A DNA stretch of 64,000 nt, from contig NC_135764.1 in NCBI RefSeq assembly GCF_052425735.1, positions 6,634,001 to 6,698,000 on the forward strand, in the 5' to 3' direction. The DNA is from Oculina patagonica. Taxonomy: Eukaryota. A program made the position numbers and the translations under genes. The stretch's first letter is position 1, and the number at the start of each line of letters is the position of its first letter. The notes under the pieces were generated by a model. It did not search any database, was not told the DNA's origin, and worked only from the letters and a program-made list of their open reading frames with translations. This document shows positions 1 to 10,218 of this stretch, one piece after another.

Positions 1-1254
1 TACTAGCTGGAGAACCGTGATATCGACACTACAAATGAGGTTGTTCATTTTCTATGCATTTCTGCATTTGGTGAAGTCAATAACAGTGACTACGAAGTAT
101 GGAGACATCGAAGGTCTGGTGGCATCATACCCTGCATACTCATACCCGAATGCCTCCGGTCCGTTCAAGTCTGTCAGTAAGTTTCTAGGAGTTCCATTCG
201 CCGCTCCGCCGATTGGAGAGCTCAGACTAAAACCACCACAACCGCCAAAAGAGTGGAAACCGAACGTTCGCCCGGCGAAGAAGCATGGAAACGTTTGTTG
301 GCAGGGTAAATATTATGAGCAGATGATCAAGCATTTTGATCCAAATTTTTCGTACAGCGAGGATTGCTTGTATCTCGACGTCTACACCCCAAATGTCAGC
401 TCGAATTTACCCGTAATGGTTTACATTCACGGTGGATCTTACGAGCTAGGAAGTGCAGTCTTGTTTCCTGGCGATATTTTGGCTCTGTACGGCGTGGTAG
501 TAGTTGTCATCCAATATCGTCTGGGTCCATTTGGTTTCTTGACGACGGGTGACTTGGCGGCCCCTGGGAATTATGGAATGTTGGATCAGGTTGAAGCGCT
601 CAAGTGGGTCAAAGAAAACATTGAACATTTTGGCGGGGACCCCAACAAGGTGACCATATTTGGAGTAAGTGCTGGTGGAACAAGTGTAGCCCTACATTTG
701 CTGTCACCCCTATCGCAGGGCCTTTTCCACCAAGCCATCGCAGAGAGCGGAGTGGATTTGAGTTCCTTTGCCATTCAGCCAGTTTCCTACGGCCTCCGTT
801 TCGCTGAAGAGCTCGCTCAGAAGCTGGATTGTACTACAAGAGACCACGAAGCAATGATCGCCTGCATACAGGAATCAAAGTCTCTTCGAGATACCGACTT
901 TTTTTGCATGAAGTATGAGTCGAAGGTTTATCCTGTGCAGTCAAAAAGCCGTATGCATGATTTCAGCGTGGATTTTCTCGGAAACTATTGGAGGGATGAA
1001 GTTCAAATTCGGCGAAGAGATAGAGCAACAACTCACCGATCGATAGCCGTCGTCAGATAGGTGAGGTTTTCAGTAGTTTGGCGTTAATTCCGGTTTGAAG
1101 TGGAGGAGGTCGCTGCTGGCGGCCGCCGACTTGCAAGCCTTGTCTCCTCTTTCTCTCTTACTGGCCTTCGGCCGGCTAAATCAGTTAAAAAAGTGCTTAA
1201 AACGGCCCGCGCAGGCGAAGAAATACAACACATGAGTCGATAAACGTTTCATTA

Positions 1255-1405
1255 AACTTTATTGAGATATTTAGAGCGAAATGTAGTTAGATATGTTATT
1301 TCCAGAGCTTTATTTCAGTAACCCTTATAGATTTCAAAATTTCTTTTGTTCGTCTCATGTCAACAACAATAATTAACCACGAACACATAGGGTGGTCTGC
1401 CTGTG
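1255..1405. repeat. Solo arm of the fold-back MITE family seen complete at 44948-45251
   Basis: Near-identical to 45100-45251 and ending in GGTGGTCTGCCTGTG. Confidence 0.85.
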
Positions 1406-1823
1406 ATGCAACATTGCTGTCAACGCGAGGTCACGTCCCTAACGACCTAGGATGATGACGAAATAGAATGGGCGCTTGTAGCGACCAAATTTGGCCTAAA
1501 AAAGAAGCCTTAAAAGAAGCCCCCATCTCTTGCATTTGTTTTAACTTCAATAATACATCTTTGAAAAGAGCAAGTTTTTTGGTATGGTTTATTTTTGACG
1601 TTTGTAATTTTTAAACGATGTAAGTGCTAGTGGCTATTTATTCGTGTTTTAGTTACGCAATCCATTGTTTGTGCGACGCTTTTTATAGATCGCCTTTTTA
1701 ACATTGTTATATAACGTTTGTAAATGACAAGTCACGTTTTTTCCACGAGATCGCGTGATCACCCACAGCGGAAAGTAATCCCTTGAGAAATTAAAATATT
1801 CCCTTGAGAAATTAAAAACGTCC

Positions 1824-2071
1824 ACACACATGTAAATTAGGAGTTGTGGCACAAATTGTGACAACTCGCTCGGCTCGCCCGGGCTCGCCTCGCTCCTTGT
1901 CACAATTTGTGTCCACAACTCCTAATTTACATGTGTGTGCGGAACGCAAGACGCCTTTCTTACCCCTCTCGCGAAACGAGTTGCAAAAAAGGCGTTGGCG
2001 GCACCTCTAACGGCCCGCAGCAACAGAGAGCGCCACCTGTGTGCTAGATTTATTTTTCAATTGAACAAATA
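1824..2071 (+). repeat. Left TIR (248 bp) with 115-nt terminal hairpin 1824-1938
   Basis: Reverse complement of 17914-18161. Arms 1824-1864 and 1897-1938 pair with a single 1-nt bulge. Confidence 0.95.
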
Positions 2072-2085
2072 TTTTTCTTTAGTAT

Positions 2086-5000
2086 ATGCAACAGATGGCT
2101 GCCGCAAGATATTCGTCAGAAGTTTTGCAAGCTAAGATGGAGGAAAACCTCCGTGAATTTCAAAGAAACCCCCAAAGAAATTTGTCTTTTTCACTCGCCC
2201 ACACCGATTTTAACGAATGGCTTAGAGTATGGAAAATGGACATACCCGAAACTGACACAAACAACAAAGATCTTTTAATTTTTGCAAAAAAACACAAAAA
2301 AAAGTTTTATGATCTTTTGGAAAGCGAAATTGATGACTTACGAAGCTTAAAAGCAAGCTTTGGACTTGAAGTTAAATTTTCGATACAAAGAGACGGAGTT
2401 ACGCAACACATGAACCACTATTTCAGTGAAAGAGAACCGCACGTGTTTTCAAAAAACACCAAAGAAGAAATCGAAAAAGAGTTTGTCAGATTTATCGAAA
2501 AAGCAAAGGGAAAAATTGAGGCTTGGTCAGAGAAGGGCTCGGGGTGGAAAATTGAAAGAATAGAAATGGCGTATATCAATGTCGCGCGTTATCAGCCATT
2601 GAGAGGGGGGAGTTATCTGCCTTTACCACCAAAATTGGCAAACAAAAAAGCAGTTATTAACGTGCAAAACAGGGATAACGAATGTTTGAAATGGGCTTTG
2701 AGAGCTGCATTATTTCCGCCAAGAGATGGGAAAAATCCGCAAAGAACAAGCAGATACCCAGTTGACGACGGAATAAACTACAATGGAATCGATTTTCCAA
2801 CGCCTCTAAAGCAGATTGACAGGCTTGAGGCGCAAAACAACAACCTTGCAATAAATGTGTTTGGATGGGAAGACGACTGTGTGATACCTCTCAGAACAAG
2901 CAAAAAAGAAAATAGCATTTCCCGTATAAACCTTATGTTAATTGAGTCAGGATTAATTCAGCACTACTGTTTTGTAAAAAGAGTATGCGCTCTGCTTTAC
3001 GATCAGACTAAATCACACAACAAAAAACACTTTTGCATGATGTGCTTGACCGGTTTTACAAGAGCAGACTTGCTCGAAAAGCACGAAAAATATTGCAATG
3101 GAGTTAACGGCAGGCCAACAAGAATCGAAATGCCGGAAGAGGGGAAAAACACTATTTCTTTTAAAAACTACCACAAACAAATGAAAGCGCCTTTTGTAAT
3201 TTACGCCGACTTTGAGGCATTGTTAAGAAAGATGCAAGGATGTAAACGCGAAACGGCCGAGGAGCGCCAGAAAAGAAAAGACCTTGGTGAAGAAGTGAAA
3301 GACATGAAGCCGAGTTACACAGACAAAACAGAACAGCACGAGGCATGCGGATTTGCTTACACAGTTGTAAGGAGTGATGGTGAACACGAAAAAACATTTG
3401 TGTACAGAGGACAAAACGCCGTTGAAGTATTTTTGAACTGTCTTTTAAGTGAAGAAAGAAAAATAAGATATGAATTGTCAAAGCCAAAACCTCTTGTGAT
3501 GACGGCAAAAGACTGGGTAAACTTCAAAAATGCAACCAATTGCCACATTTGCGAAGAAACGCTAATGAAACAAAACTTTTTGGACTCTTTGCCAGTTTGG
3601 ATTGGAAACAAAAAGGAGCTTAATTACTTTGGGCAGATGCACAAAAAATGTTATTACAGAAAGGAAAAAGAGGAAAAAAACCTGGATACCGAAGCCCACT
3701 ATAAGCTAAAAAAGCTTGAAAAAGAAACACACAAATTAGCAGCGAAAAACCAAAAAAACTGCTTAGCGTGCCACAAGCCGCTTATCCAGCCGAACTACAA
3801 GGATGTGGTAAAAGACCATTGCCACATAACAGGCAAGTTTCGAGGAGCCGCGCACAACATTTGTAACTTGATGATGAGAATAAATCCAAAAAATGTCCAA
3901 ATACCAGTTGTATTTCACAACCTAAGGGGCTATGATGCGCACCATTTAATGCAGGCAATGTCAAAGATTTCAAAAGAGGCACAGAAAGAGGTAAAATGTG
4001 TCGCAAACAACATGGAAAAATACATCACATTTTCATTTGGCGGACTGCGTTTTATTGACAGCTTAAACTTTCTTCAAGGAAGTCTTGATTCACTTGTAAC
4101 AGCGACACCGAAGGAGTCATTAAATATAACAAAATCTATTTCAACACAGTCTGATGAAAGTTTTGAACTTCTTTGCAAAAAGGGAATCTATCCTTACGAA
4201 TACATGGACTCATGGGAAAGATTTAGCGAAACAAGTTTGCCTGAAAAAGAAAAGTTTTACAGCAAACTTAATGATGAGAACATAACGGATGAAGAGTACA
4301 AACACGCGCAAAACGTGTGGGAAACCTTTGGCTGCCAGACCCTGGGCGACTACCACGATTTGTACGTTAAGACAGACGTTTCTCTGTTGGCTGACGTTTT
4401 TGAAAACTTCCGAAAAATCTGTCTTGAGAAGTACGGGTTAGATCCCGCGAATTATTACACGACGCCAGGCCTTTCTTGGGACGCACTTTTGAAAAAGACA
4501 GGCGTGGAGCTTGAGTTACTTACGGACTATGAAATGCATCTTTTTGTTGAAAGGGGATTAAGAGGCGGAATTTCGATGGTAAGCAAAAGATATGCAAAGG
4601 CGAACAACCCTTATGTTGAGGGATTTGACCCGAGCCAGCCAAAAAAATACATAATGTACCTCGATGCGAATAACCTTTACGGGTGGGCAATGAGCAAGCC
4701 GCTCCCAAAAAGTGGTTTTAGATGGAAAAAGGTTATGCCGACAGAAAAAGAAATAATGACAAAAAAAGAGTTTGCAAAAGCTGGATGGATTTTAGAGGTG
4801 GACTTAGAATACCCGAAAGAGCTGCATGACGCCCAAAACAGCTATCCATTAGCGCCAGAGAAAAAGAAAATAAACAAAGAAATGTTTTCACCTTACCAAA
4901 AGAAAATAATAAAAAATCTTGATTTAAAACTGCCAGAAAGCGAAAAGCTTGTATTGACTCTCGAAGACAAAACTAATTACGTCGTGCATTACGAAACTTG

Positions 5001-5936
5001 CAGTTTTATTTAAAACAAGGAATGAAACTTAAAAAAGTGCACAGGGTCTTAGAGTTTGAACAGGAATGCTGGATGGAGCCCTACATCCGGATGAACACAG
5101 AATTCAGAAAAAAAGCAAAGAACGACTTTGAAAAGAACTTTTACAAGCTAATGAATAACTCGGTTTTTGGAAAAACAATGGAAAACCTGAGAAACCGTGT
5201 AGACATAAGAATAGCGCGAAGCGACGAAACAAAGAAAATAAGAAAATTAGTTGCAAGCCCATTGTATTCAAGGCATGTAATGTTTTCAAACGATCTAGTT
5301 GGAATAGACATGCGAAAAAGCAGGCTTTTTCTTAATAAACCGGTCTACACAGGCATGACCATCCTTGACGTAAGCAAGCTATGCATGTATGACTTCTTTT
5401 ACAACCATCTGAAAAAGGAGTACGGAGAGCGTTGCGAGCTTTTGTATACAGACACAGACAGCCTTTTGCTTGAGATAGAAACAGAAGACGTTTACGCGGA
5501 CATGGCAAAAAACATTGACAAGTACGACACAAGCGACTACCCAAAAGAGCATTCACTTCATTCAAACGAAAACAAAAAGGTGTTGGGAAAAATGAAAGAC
5601 GAATGCGCAGGAAAACTAATTTCAGAGTGTGTTTGTTTGAGGCCAAAAATGTATTCAATAATGACAGAAGACAAAAAAAATATAAAAAAAGCAAAGGGGG
5701 TAAAAGAGTGTGTGACAAAGAATAAGATAGATCATGAAAACTTCAAAGATACACTTTTTCAAAACAAGGAAAGCTTTCACGAAATGCACATGCTAAGAAG
5801 CTATGCCCACGAGATGTATTCAATAGTGGTAAACAAAAAATCGCTGTCGCCTTTTGACTCAAAGCGATGGATAGCGGATGATGGGATACATACAAATGCT
5901 TACGGGTATAAGTTTTGCGAAACAAAGCCTACATAA
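2086..5936 (+). CDS. polB: Protein-primed family B DNA polymerase, split by a 1-nt frameshift near 4993 (ORFs 2086-5013 and 4998-5936)
   Basis: Exonuclease motifs YADFE, FHNLRGYD and YVKTDV. Polymerase motifs YLDANNLYG, KLMNNSVFGKT, YTDTDS, PKMY and KAKGV. An endonuclease VII-like segment DHCHITGKFRGAAHNICN is present. Adding one base gives the expected YVVHYRNLQFYL. Confidence 0.95.
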
Positions 5937-5978
5937 ACATAACGTTTAGAGCTTTTCTGAGCCCAAGGGGCTAAAGCA

Positions 5979-6968
5979 CTAAGTGCTTGGTGGTAACTGT
6001 GTATTTGGAGGAATAACAAGCAATTCTTCACGCACGAAGCCGCGCTTTGGACCATCGTGCAAGTAATAAAGAACTGGCTGATTAGGTTTAGTAACAGACC
6101 TTTCAATGCTGTAGACTTTTAATGACCAAATCGGATCTGTAGCCCTTTTTACGCCGCCTTCCAGCTCGCCAGGTTGGTAGAGAAAGCGCACATTAACGAG
6201 GGAGGGGAGTTTTTTTTCTTTCTTGCCAACAGGTCTTGTATATTTTGAGGACGGTTTTGACGAAACAGCCTTTTCTTTAATTGCAGCAGCAGGTTTCTTA
6301 CCAGTAAGACTGGTTACTTCGTTGTTCAGAGCGGCAACAACTTCGGGAAGCCTTTTTACCCACGCTGTCGACCGCTGGCCAGATGGCAGGTTCATCTCGA
6401 CACCGTACTGATAACCAAACAGGCGCCCTGCCAGTGTTTGATTAAAACGTTCAACAATAGCTTGATCTCTGTGGATATTAACACGCCCGCGTCTAATATA
6501 GGTTTTGTGATTTTCCATTTCTTTGGTAACAGCTCCCATGAATTCGCGACCAGGGTCAACTTGCAGCATCTGTGGCCATTTTAGTGCACTTCGCCTGTAA
6601 ATTGTCTGAAAACCTTTTGCAACCTCAGTTGAATCTTTGGAGGTCAAAGGCTCAGCCTCTTTGAAACGGCTGGCAACGTCAACAACAGTCAGCGCGTATT
6701 TGTAAACTTTTCGCCCTCGCGGCAGTTTGTCGTGTGGCAGAAAAAGAAGGTCCGCCTGGTGGACCGCGTTAGGGGTAGAAACATCGAATTTTGGGCGAGG
6801 AACGTATCGTGGTGCCGGAAGGTAGATCTGCCAAAGGGCCTGCTTAACTAGCCACTTTTTTGCGGCATCTTCGGAAACCTTGGCAGCCTCGGCTAATTTT
6901 TTTATCGCTGCAATTCCCTTCCAGTAGCACTGGGGGCTATAGTAGACTTTCGAGATCTTTGCATCCAT
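5979..6968 (-). CDS. int: Retroviral-like (rve, DDE) integrase of Polinton type
   Basis: Motifs HQADL, YALTVVDVASRF, QVDPGREF and AIVERFNQTL give a D-D-E triad. The ORF is intact (329 aa). Confidence 0.93.
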   Translation of the reverse strand: MDAKISKVYYSPQCYWKGIAAIKKLAEAAKVSEDAAKKWLVKQALWQIYLPAPRYVPRPKFDVSTPNAVHQADLLFLPHDKLPRGRKVYKYALTVVDVASRFKEAEPLTSKDSTEVAKGFQTIYRRSALKWPQMLQVDPGREFMGAVTKEMENHKTYIRRGRVNIHRDQAIVERFNQTLAGRLFGYQYGVEMNLPSGQRSTAWVKRLPEVVAALNNEVTSLTGKKPAAAIKEKAVSSKPSSKYTRPVGKKEKKLPSLVNVRFLYQPGELEGGVKRATDPIWSLKVYSIERSVTKPNQPVLYYLHDGPKRGFVREELLVIPPNTQLPPST

Positions 6969-6994
6969 GCGTATACAAGAAAAAAAAGAAACGT

Positions 6995-7420
6995 TTAAAG
7001 AAACCGAAAGGCAGCGTACCCAAGAGCAAGAGCGCCTGCGCCAACGAACATCAGTTCACCTTGTTTCTGCTGCTCGCTTGGCTGATAAAAATCAGAGAAC
7101 TTGGGTTCTTTCGGAGGAATCATTTGTTTGTCAGGATGTGCCTGGTTGTAGAGTTTGAAAGCGTAGTCTGTGTTCGTAAAGTTCTGTTTCGCTTGCTGTT
7201 TGATCTCATTGTTGGTTTCGATCCAGTCGAGAAGCTTCGTGCGGTCGCGAGAGTACTTCGCGTACGCTGCCTGGTAAGCCTCGAGAGCTTTGTCGTGTCT
7301 TTCTTTTTCTTTCAAAGCGGCGTCATCTCCGCCACCCAAAGCTCGAGCAAGATAGTTGCCGCCAATGAAAGCAGCAGCGTTCAAGATAGCTCCGCCAGCC
7401 ATAATCGCGACGCTTGCCAT
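6995..7420 (-). CDS. Viral protein, 141 aa, hydrophobic N- and C-termini around a coiled coil (putative membrane/virion protein)
   Basis: ATG-initiated, tightly packed in the minus-strand gene block, with Gly/Ala-rich hydrophobic ends. Confidence 0.75.
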   Translation of the reverse strand: MASVAIMAGGAILNAAAFIGGNYLARALGGGDDAALKEKERHDKALEAYQAAYAKYSRDRTKLLDWIETNNEIKQQAKQNFTNTDYAFKLYNQAHPDKQMIPPKEPKFSDFYQPSEQQKQGELMFVGAGALALGYAAFRFL

Positions 7421-7455
7421 TGTGTGTTTTTGTTCTTATATTAAGATATTTTTTT

Positions 7456-7674
7456 TTAATTGGTGGGGAGAATTTTCTGGTCCTCGAGATACTGTTTAAG
7501 TGCAACGCTGCCAGCCACGACGGCTGTGAACTTTACATAGTTCATAAAACTGCTGCTTGGGTCAGATGTGAAGTTTTCTTTCACAACTTTTTTGGCAGCC
7601 CAGCCGATTCCGGCGGCGAGACCTGTAATGGTGGCGGCATCCATGAGTGTTTTCACGAGCTTGTTGTCAGACAT
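7456..7674 (-). CDS. Small viral membrane protein, 72 aa, two hydrophobic segments
   Basis: Segments AATITGLAAGIGWAA and FTAVVAGSVAL. AT-rich upstream motif shared with neighbouring genes. Confidence 0.7.
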   Translation of the reverse strand: MSDNKLVKTLMDAATITGLAAGIGWAAKKVVKENFTSDPSSSFMNYVKFTAVVAGSVALKQYLEDQKILPTN

Positions 7675-7808
7675 GGTGTTTGTTATAAAATAAAAAATAA
7701 ATATTTAAATTGAAAAATAATTTTATGAATTCTTTTAATCTCATCAAAGAGTTCTAATAAAAAAAAAGTTAATTGCTGAAGTCAGAAAGTAAAACAGAAA
7801 TCACTTTC

Positions 7809-8183
7809 TTAAAAACTTTCGATGGTCAAACCAAGATCATCAACCGCAGAATTAAAGATTTTTTGCATTTCAGCAAACACCGCACATTTTGCTTTTACAA
7901 TCATCTCTTTTCTTTTTTCTTCATTTTCTATTTTTTCATACTCTTTTAAAAGCGTTCTTAAATCACAATAACACACGTTTAAACTTTGCGCAGATTTTTC
8001 AGCAATTGCATAAAAATTTTTTAATTTTTCTGGTTCCAGCCGGTTTAAATAGGCTTTTCCCTCATTCAAAGCAGCTGTTGCTCGTACCTCATCTTTTTCA
8101 AAGCATTTTGAAAGCATAGAAAGCACAAAAAAGTTTCCAAAATCCATTGGGACAGACATAGTGTATGTCCTCGTGTCGGTCAT
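7809..8183 (-). CDS. Hypothetical viral protein, 124 aa
   Basis: ATG ORF bounded by AT-rich spacers, preceded by the shared upstream motif. Confidence 0.6.
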   Translation of the reverse strand: MTDTRTYTMSVPMDFGNFFVLSMLSKCFEKDEVRATAALNEGKAYLNRLEPEKLKNFYAIAEKSAQSLNVCYCDLRTLLKEYEKIENEEKRKEMIVKAKCAVFAEMQKIFNSAVDDLGLTIESF

Positions 8184-8241
8184 CGTGTTTTGTATACTTT
8201 AAAAAATCGAATGTTTAAATGAAAATTATTTAATAATTTTT

Positions 8242-8799
8242 TTAATCCATCGGACGGATTCCTCTTTTTGAGCCATTTTGGTTTGTTGGTTGCGGAATTC
8301 TAGAGCCCGTTTGGCGCGTGTCTGAAGAACGCGTTGCAACCCTTCCAATACTTTCTGCTGTAACTGGTGTGTCATCAGTTATAAGAGTTGGCGGAGCTTT
8401 AAATGTTGGACTTCTTTTTTCGTTTATAAAGGCTTTTATGTCTTCGCGTTTCACATAAGTTGTAACGGTTGCAACGCCGATACCAAGCAAAGATATCCAT
8501 TGATTTGTGGTGAGACCGCTTGATTGCGGCTGAGCCTCGGGCGGAGCTGGTTCCGTTACGGCCGGTGGTGTTACACTTCGCTTAGCAGATGCAGATTTCT
8601 TTTCCTTTTCTTTTGCAATTATTGCAGCAGCCTCGACAGCAGCTTTTTTCTGTGCTTCACGAGCCTGTTTTGTTTTTTCAGCTGCAAGCTTGCCAGCAGC
8701 AACTCGCTTTGGATTTTTGGCAGGCTTTGTTGCTGGAGTTGTTGAAGTAACTTGTTTCTGTTCTTCTTGAGCGATCGGAGTTTGTTCGAGCTCGGCCAT
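8242..8799 (-). CDS. Viral protein, 185 aa: basic/Ala-rich N-terminus, Pro-rich linker, single hydrophobic helix
   Basis: KNPKRVAAGK basic motif and WISLLGIGVATVTTYV hydrophobic stretch. Start context TAAATG. Confidence 0.7.
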   Translation of the reverse strand: MAELEQTPIAQEEQKQVTSTTPATKPAKNPKRVAAGKLAAEKTKQAREAQKKAAVEAAAIIAKEKEKKSASAKRSVTPPAVTEPAPPEAQPQSSGLTTNQWISLLGIGVATVTTYVKREDIKAFINEKRSPTFKAPPTLITDDTPVTAESIGRVATRSSDTRQTGSRIPQPTNQNGSKRGIRPMD

Positions 8800-8907
8800 T
8801 TATAATAAAAAAAAATAATATTTAAATAGAAAATTGCTCAGCAAGATTTTTTGCTAAGCAATTGCTAAGCATTGTTCAGTAATTACTTAGCATTTTCTTA
8901 GCATTGC

Positions 8908-9552
8908 TCAGAAAAAATCTTCAGTAGTGTTTGTGTCCGCATCTTTGGAAGCACCTTTGGTTTGCAACTTTGTCGGGACCCCTTGGGCGTCTTTGACGCG
9001 TGCTGCGCACGTCCCCGCGCCAGGCGCGGCTTCGTTTAAAACAATGTGCTTTGTTGTGATGAGCGCAGCATTTGCAACGGCAAGAAAGCGGCCGCATTTC
9101 AAAGCCAGACCGCCTGCCAAAGTGGACAGCTCTTTACTGATAATGTAGTCGTTTTTGAGTTCCTTTTGATAATCATTGACGTCCTTGATATTTACGGCCT
9201 TACCAACGACTTTGGTAACAAGAAAAATAAAGCTGTCAATCAAGCTGTCGGTTGTTTTGGATCCAACGTATGCCTCATATCTCTTTAAGTACTTTTCAAC
9301 TTCTTTATCTGTCAAGCGCTTCACCTGCTCGTGTGTCAGTTGCACACCGATTGCTTCTTTGGCTTTTCCTGTTGAAACAAGGATTGCAAGCTGTTCACGC
9401 AAAGCAGGAATGTCAGGGCCTTGAATGAGTGCCATAGCGCTTTCTGTACTTTCTGGTTCAGCTCCTAGCAGTTCCATTACGGAAGCTAATTCTTGTTCAC
9501 TTGCAGCGCCCTTGACGCTCTCGGGAGGAGAAGTTGCGAACGGGTCGGCCAT
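8908..9552 (-). CDS. Hypothetical viral protein, 214 aa
   Basis: ATG ORF directly downstream of the ATPase, start context TAAATG. Confidence 0.7.
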   Translation of the reverse strand: MADPFATSPPESVKGAASEQELASVMELLGAEPESTESAMALIQGPDIPALREQLAILVSTGKAKEAIGVQLTHEQVKRLTDKEVEKYLKRYEAYVGSKTTDSLIDSFIFLVTKVVGKAVNIKDVNDYQKELKNDYIISKELSTLAGGLALKCGRFLAVANAALITTKHIVLNEAAPGAGTCAARVKDAQGVPTKLQTKGASKDADTNTTEDFF

Positions 9553-9573
9553 TTATTACTCTAAAAAATATGT

Positions 9574-10173
9574 TCAATAAGAAAATTTTGTGCCGTAAGG
9601 GTGGCGATGAGAAATGACAAGATGCGAAAACTTATTTTTTTTTAGCTTCAAAATGATTTCTTTGTAATCCTCATGGGCAAGTTCGCCAGCGTAATCCTCA
9701 AAGATTGCCTTCGTGGTCTTGGCAGAGGGGGTGTAAAAGAAAACGATTGCCGCAACATTTTCGCGGAATGAGGATGTTATGCTTGTCAATTTTTGAGTTA
9801 ACACCCATACGCTCAAACCTGCGTGGCGAGCAGAGAAAGCAAGATTCACCAACTCCCCTGTTCTTCCTTTTACATCTTTCGAAGCAGCACAGTCGTCGAG
9901 GATGATAAGCGTGTTCGTTCCCTCAAAAAGAAATCTTGAAAGCCTTAACAAAGATTCAACCTCGTGCTGCTCGCAAATTAAAACAAAAAATCGAAGATCT
10001 TCCTCAGCAAAGCGATAATAAGTCTTGTTGTGCGCGAACGTCGGGCAGATGAGCACGATGTAGTCAAACTTGCCTCGGAAAGGGCCACAAAGCTGATTGA
10101 CCACGTATCTTGTTTTTCCTGAGTTCGTTGGTCCCACAATGAGGGCGTTGAAGGGTATATTGGCAGGATCCAT
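9574..10173 (-). CDS. A32/FtsK-HerA-type genome packaging ATPase
   Basis: Walker A GPTNSGKT, Walker B LIILDD, and the A32-family motif ARHAGLSVWVLTQ. Confidence 0.92.
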   Translation of the reverse strand: MDPANIPFNALIVGPTNSGKTRYVVNQLCGPFRGKFDYIVLICPTFAHNKTYYRFAEEDLRFFVLICEQHEVESLLRLSRFLFEGTNTLIILDDCAASKDVKGRTGELVNLAFSARHAGLSVWVLTQKLTSITSSFRENVAAIVFFYTPSAKTTKAIFEDYAGELAHEDYKEIILKLKKNKFSHLVISHRHPYGTKFSY

Positions 10174-10218
10174 CTTCGTTCGTATATGTACCTAAGGTAC
10201 ACTTTTTCAAAGAAAAAA

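Noticed and set aside
875-1060. C-terminal 61 aa of ORF 17-1060 as a novel esterase tail
   Set aside because: This is read-through into the inserted element. The true continuation is at 18256.
1865-1896. AAV vector or parvovirus contamination
   Set aside because: The similarity is limited to short GCTC/CCCGGG motifs. There is no rep or cap, and the hairpin is an integral part of TIRs flanked by a TSD.
5979-6968. LTR retrotransposon or Ginger transposon
   Set aside because: There is no RT, RNase H, gag or LTR. The integrase lies within the Polinton TIRs.
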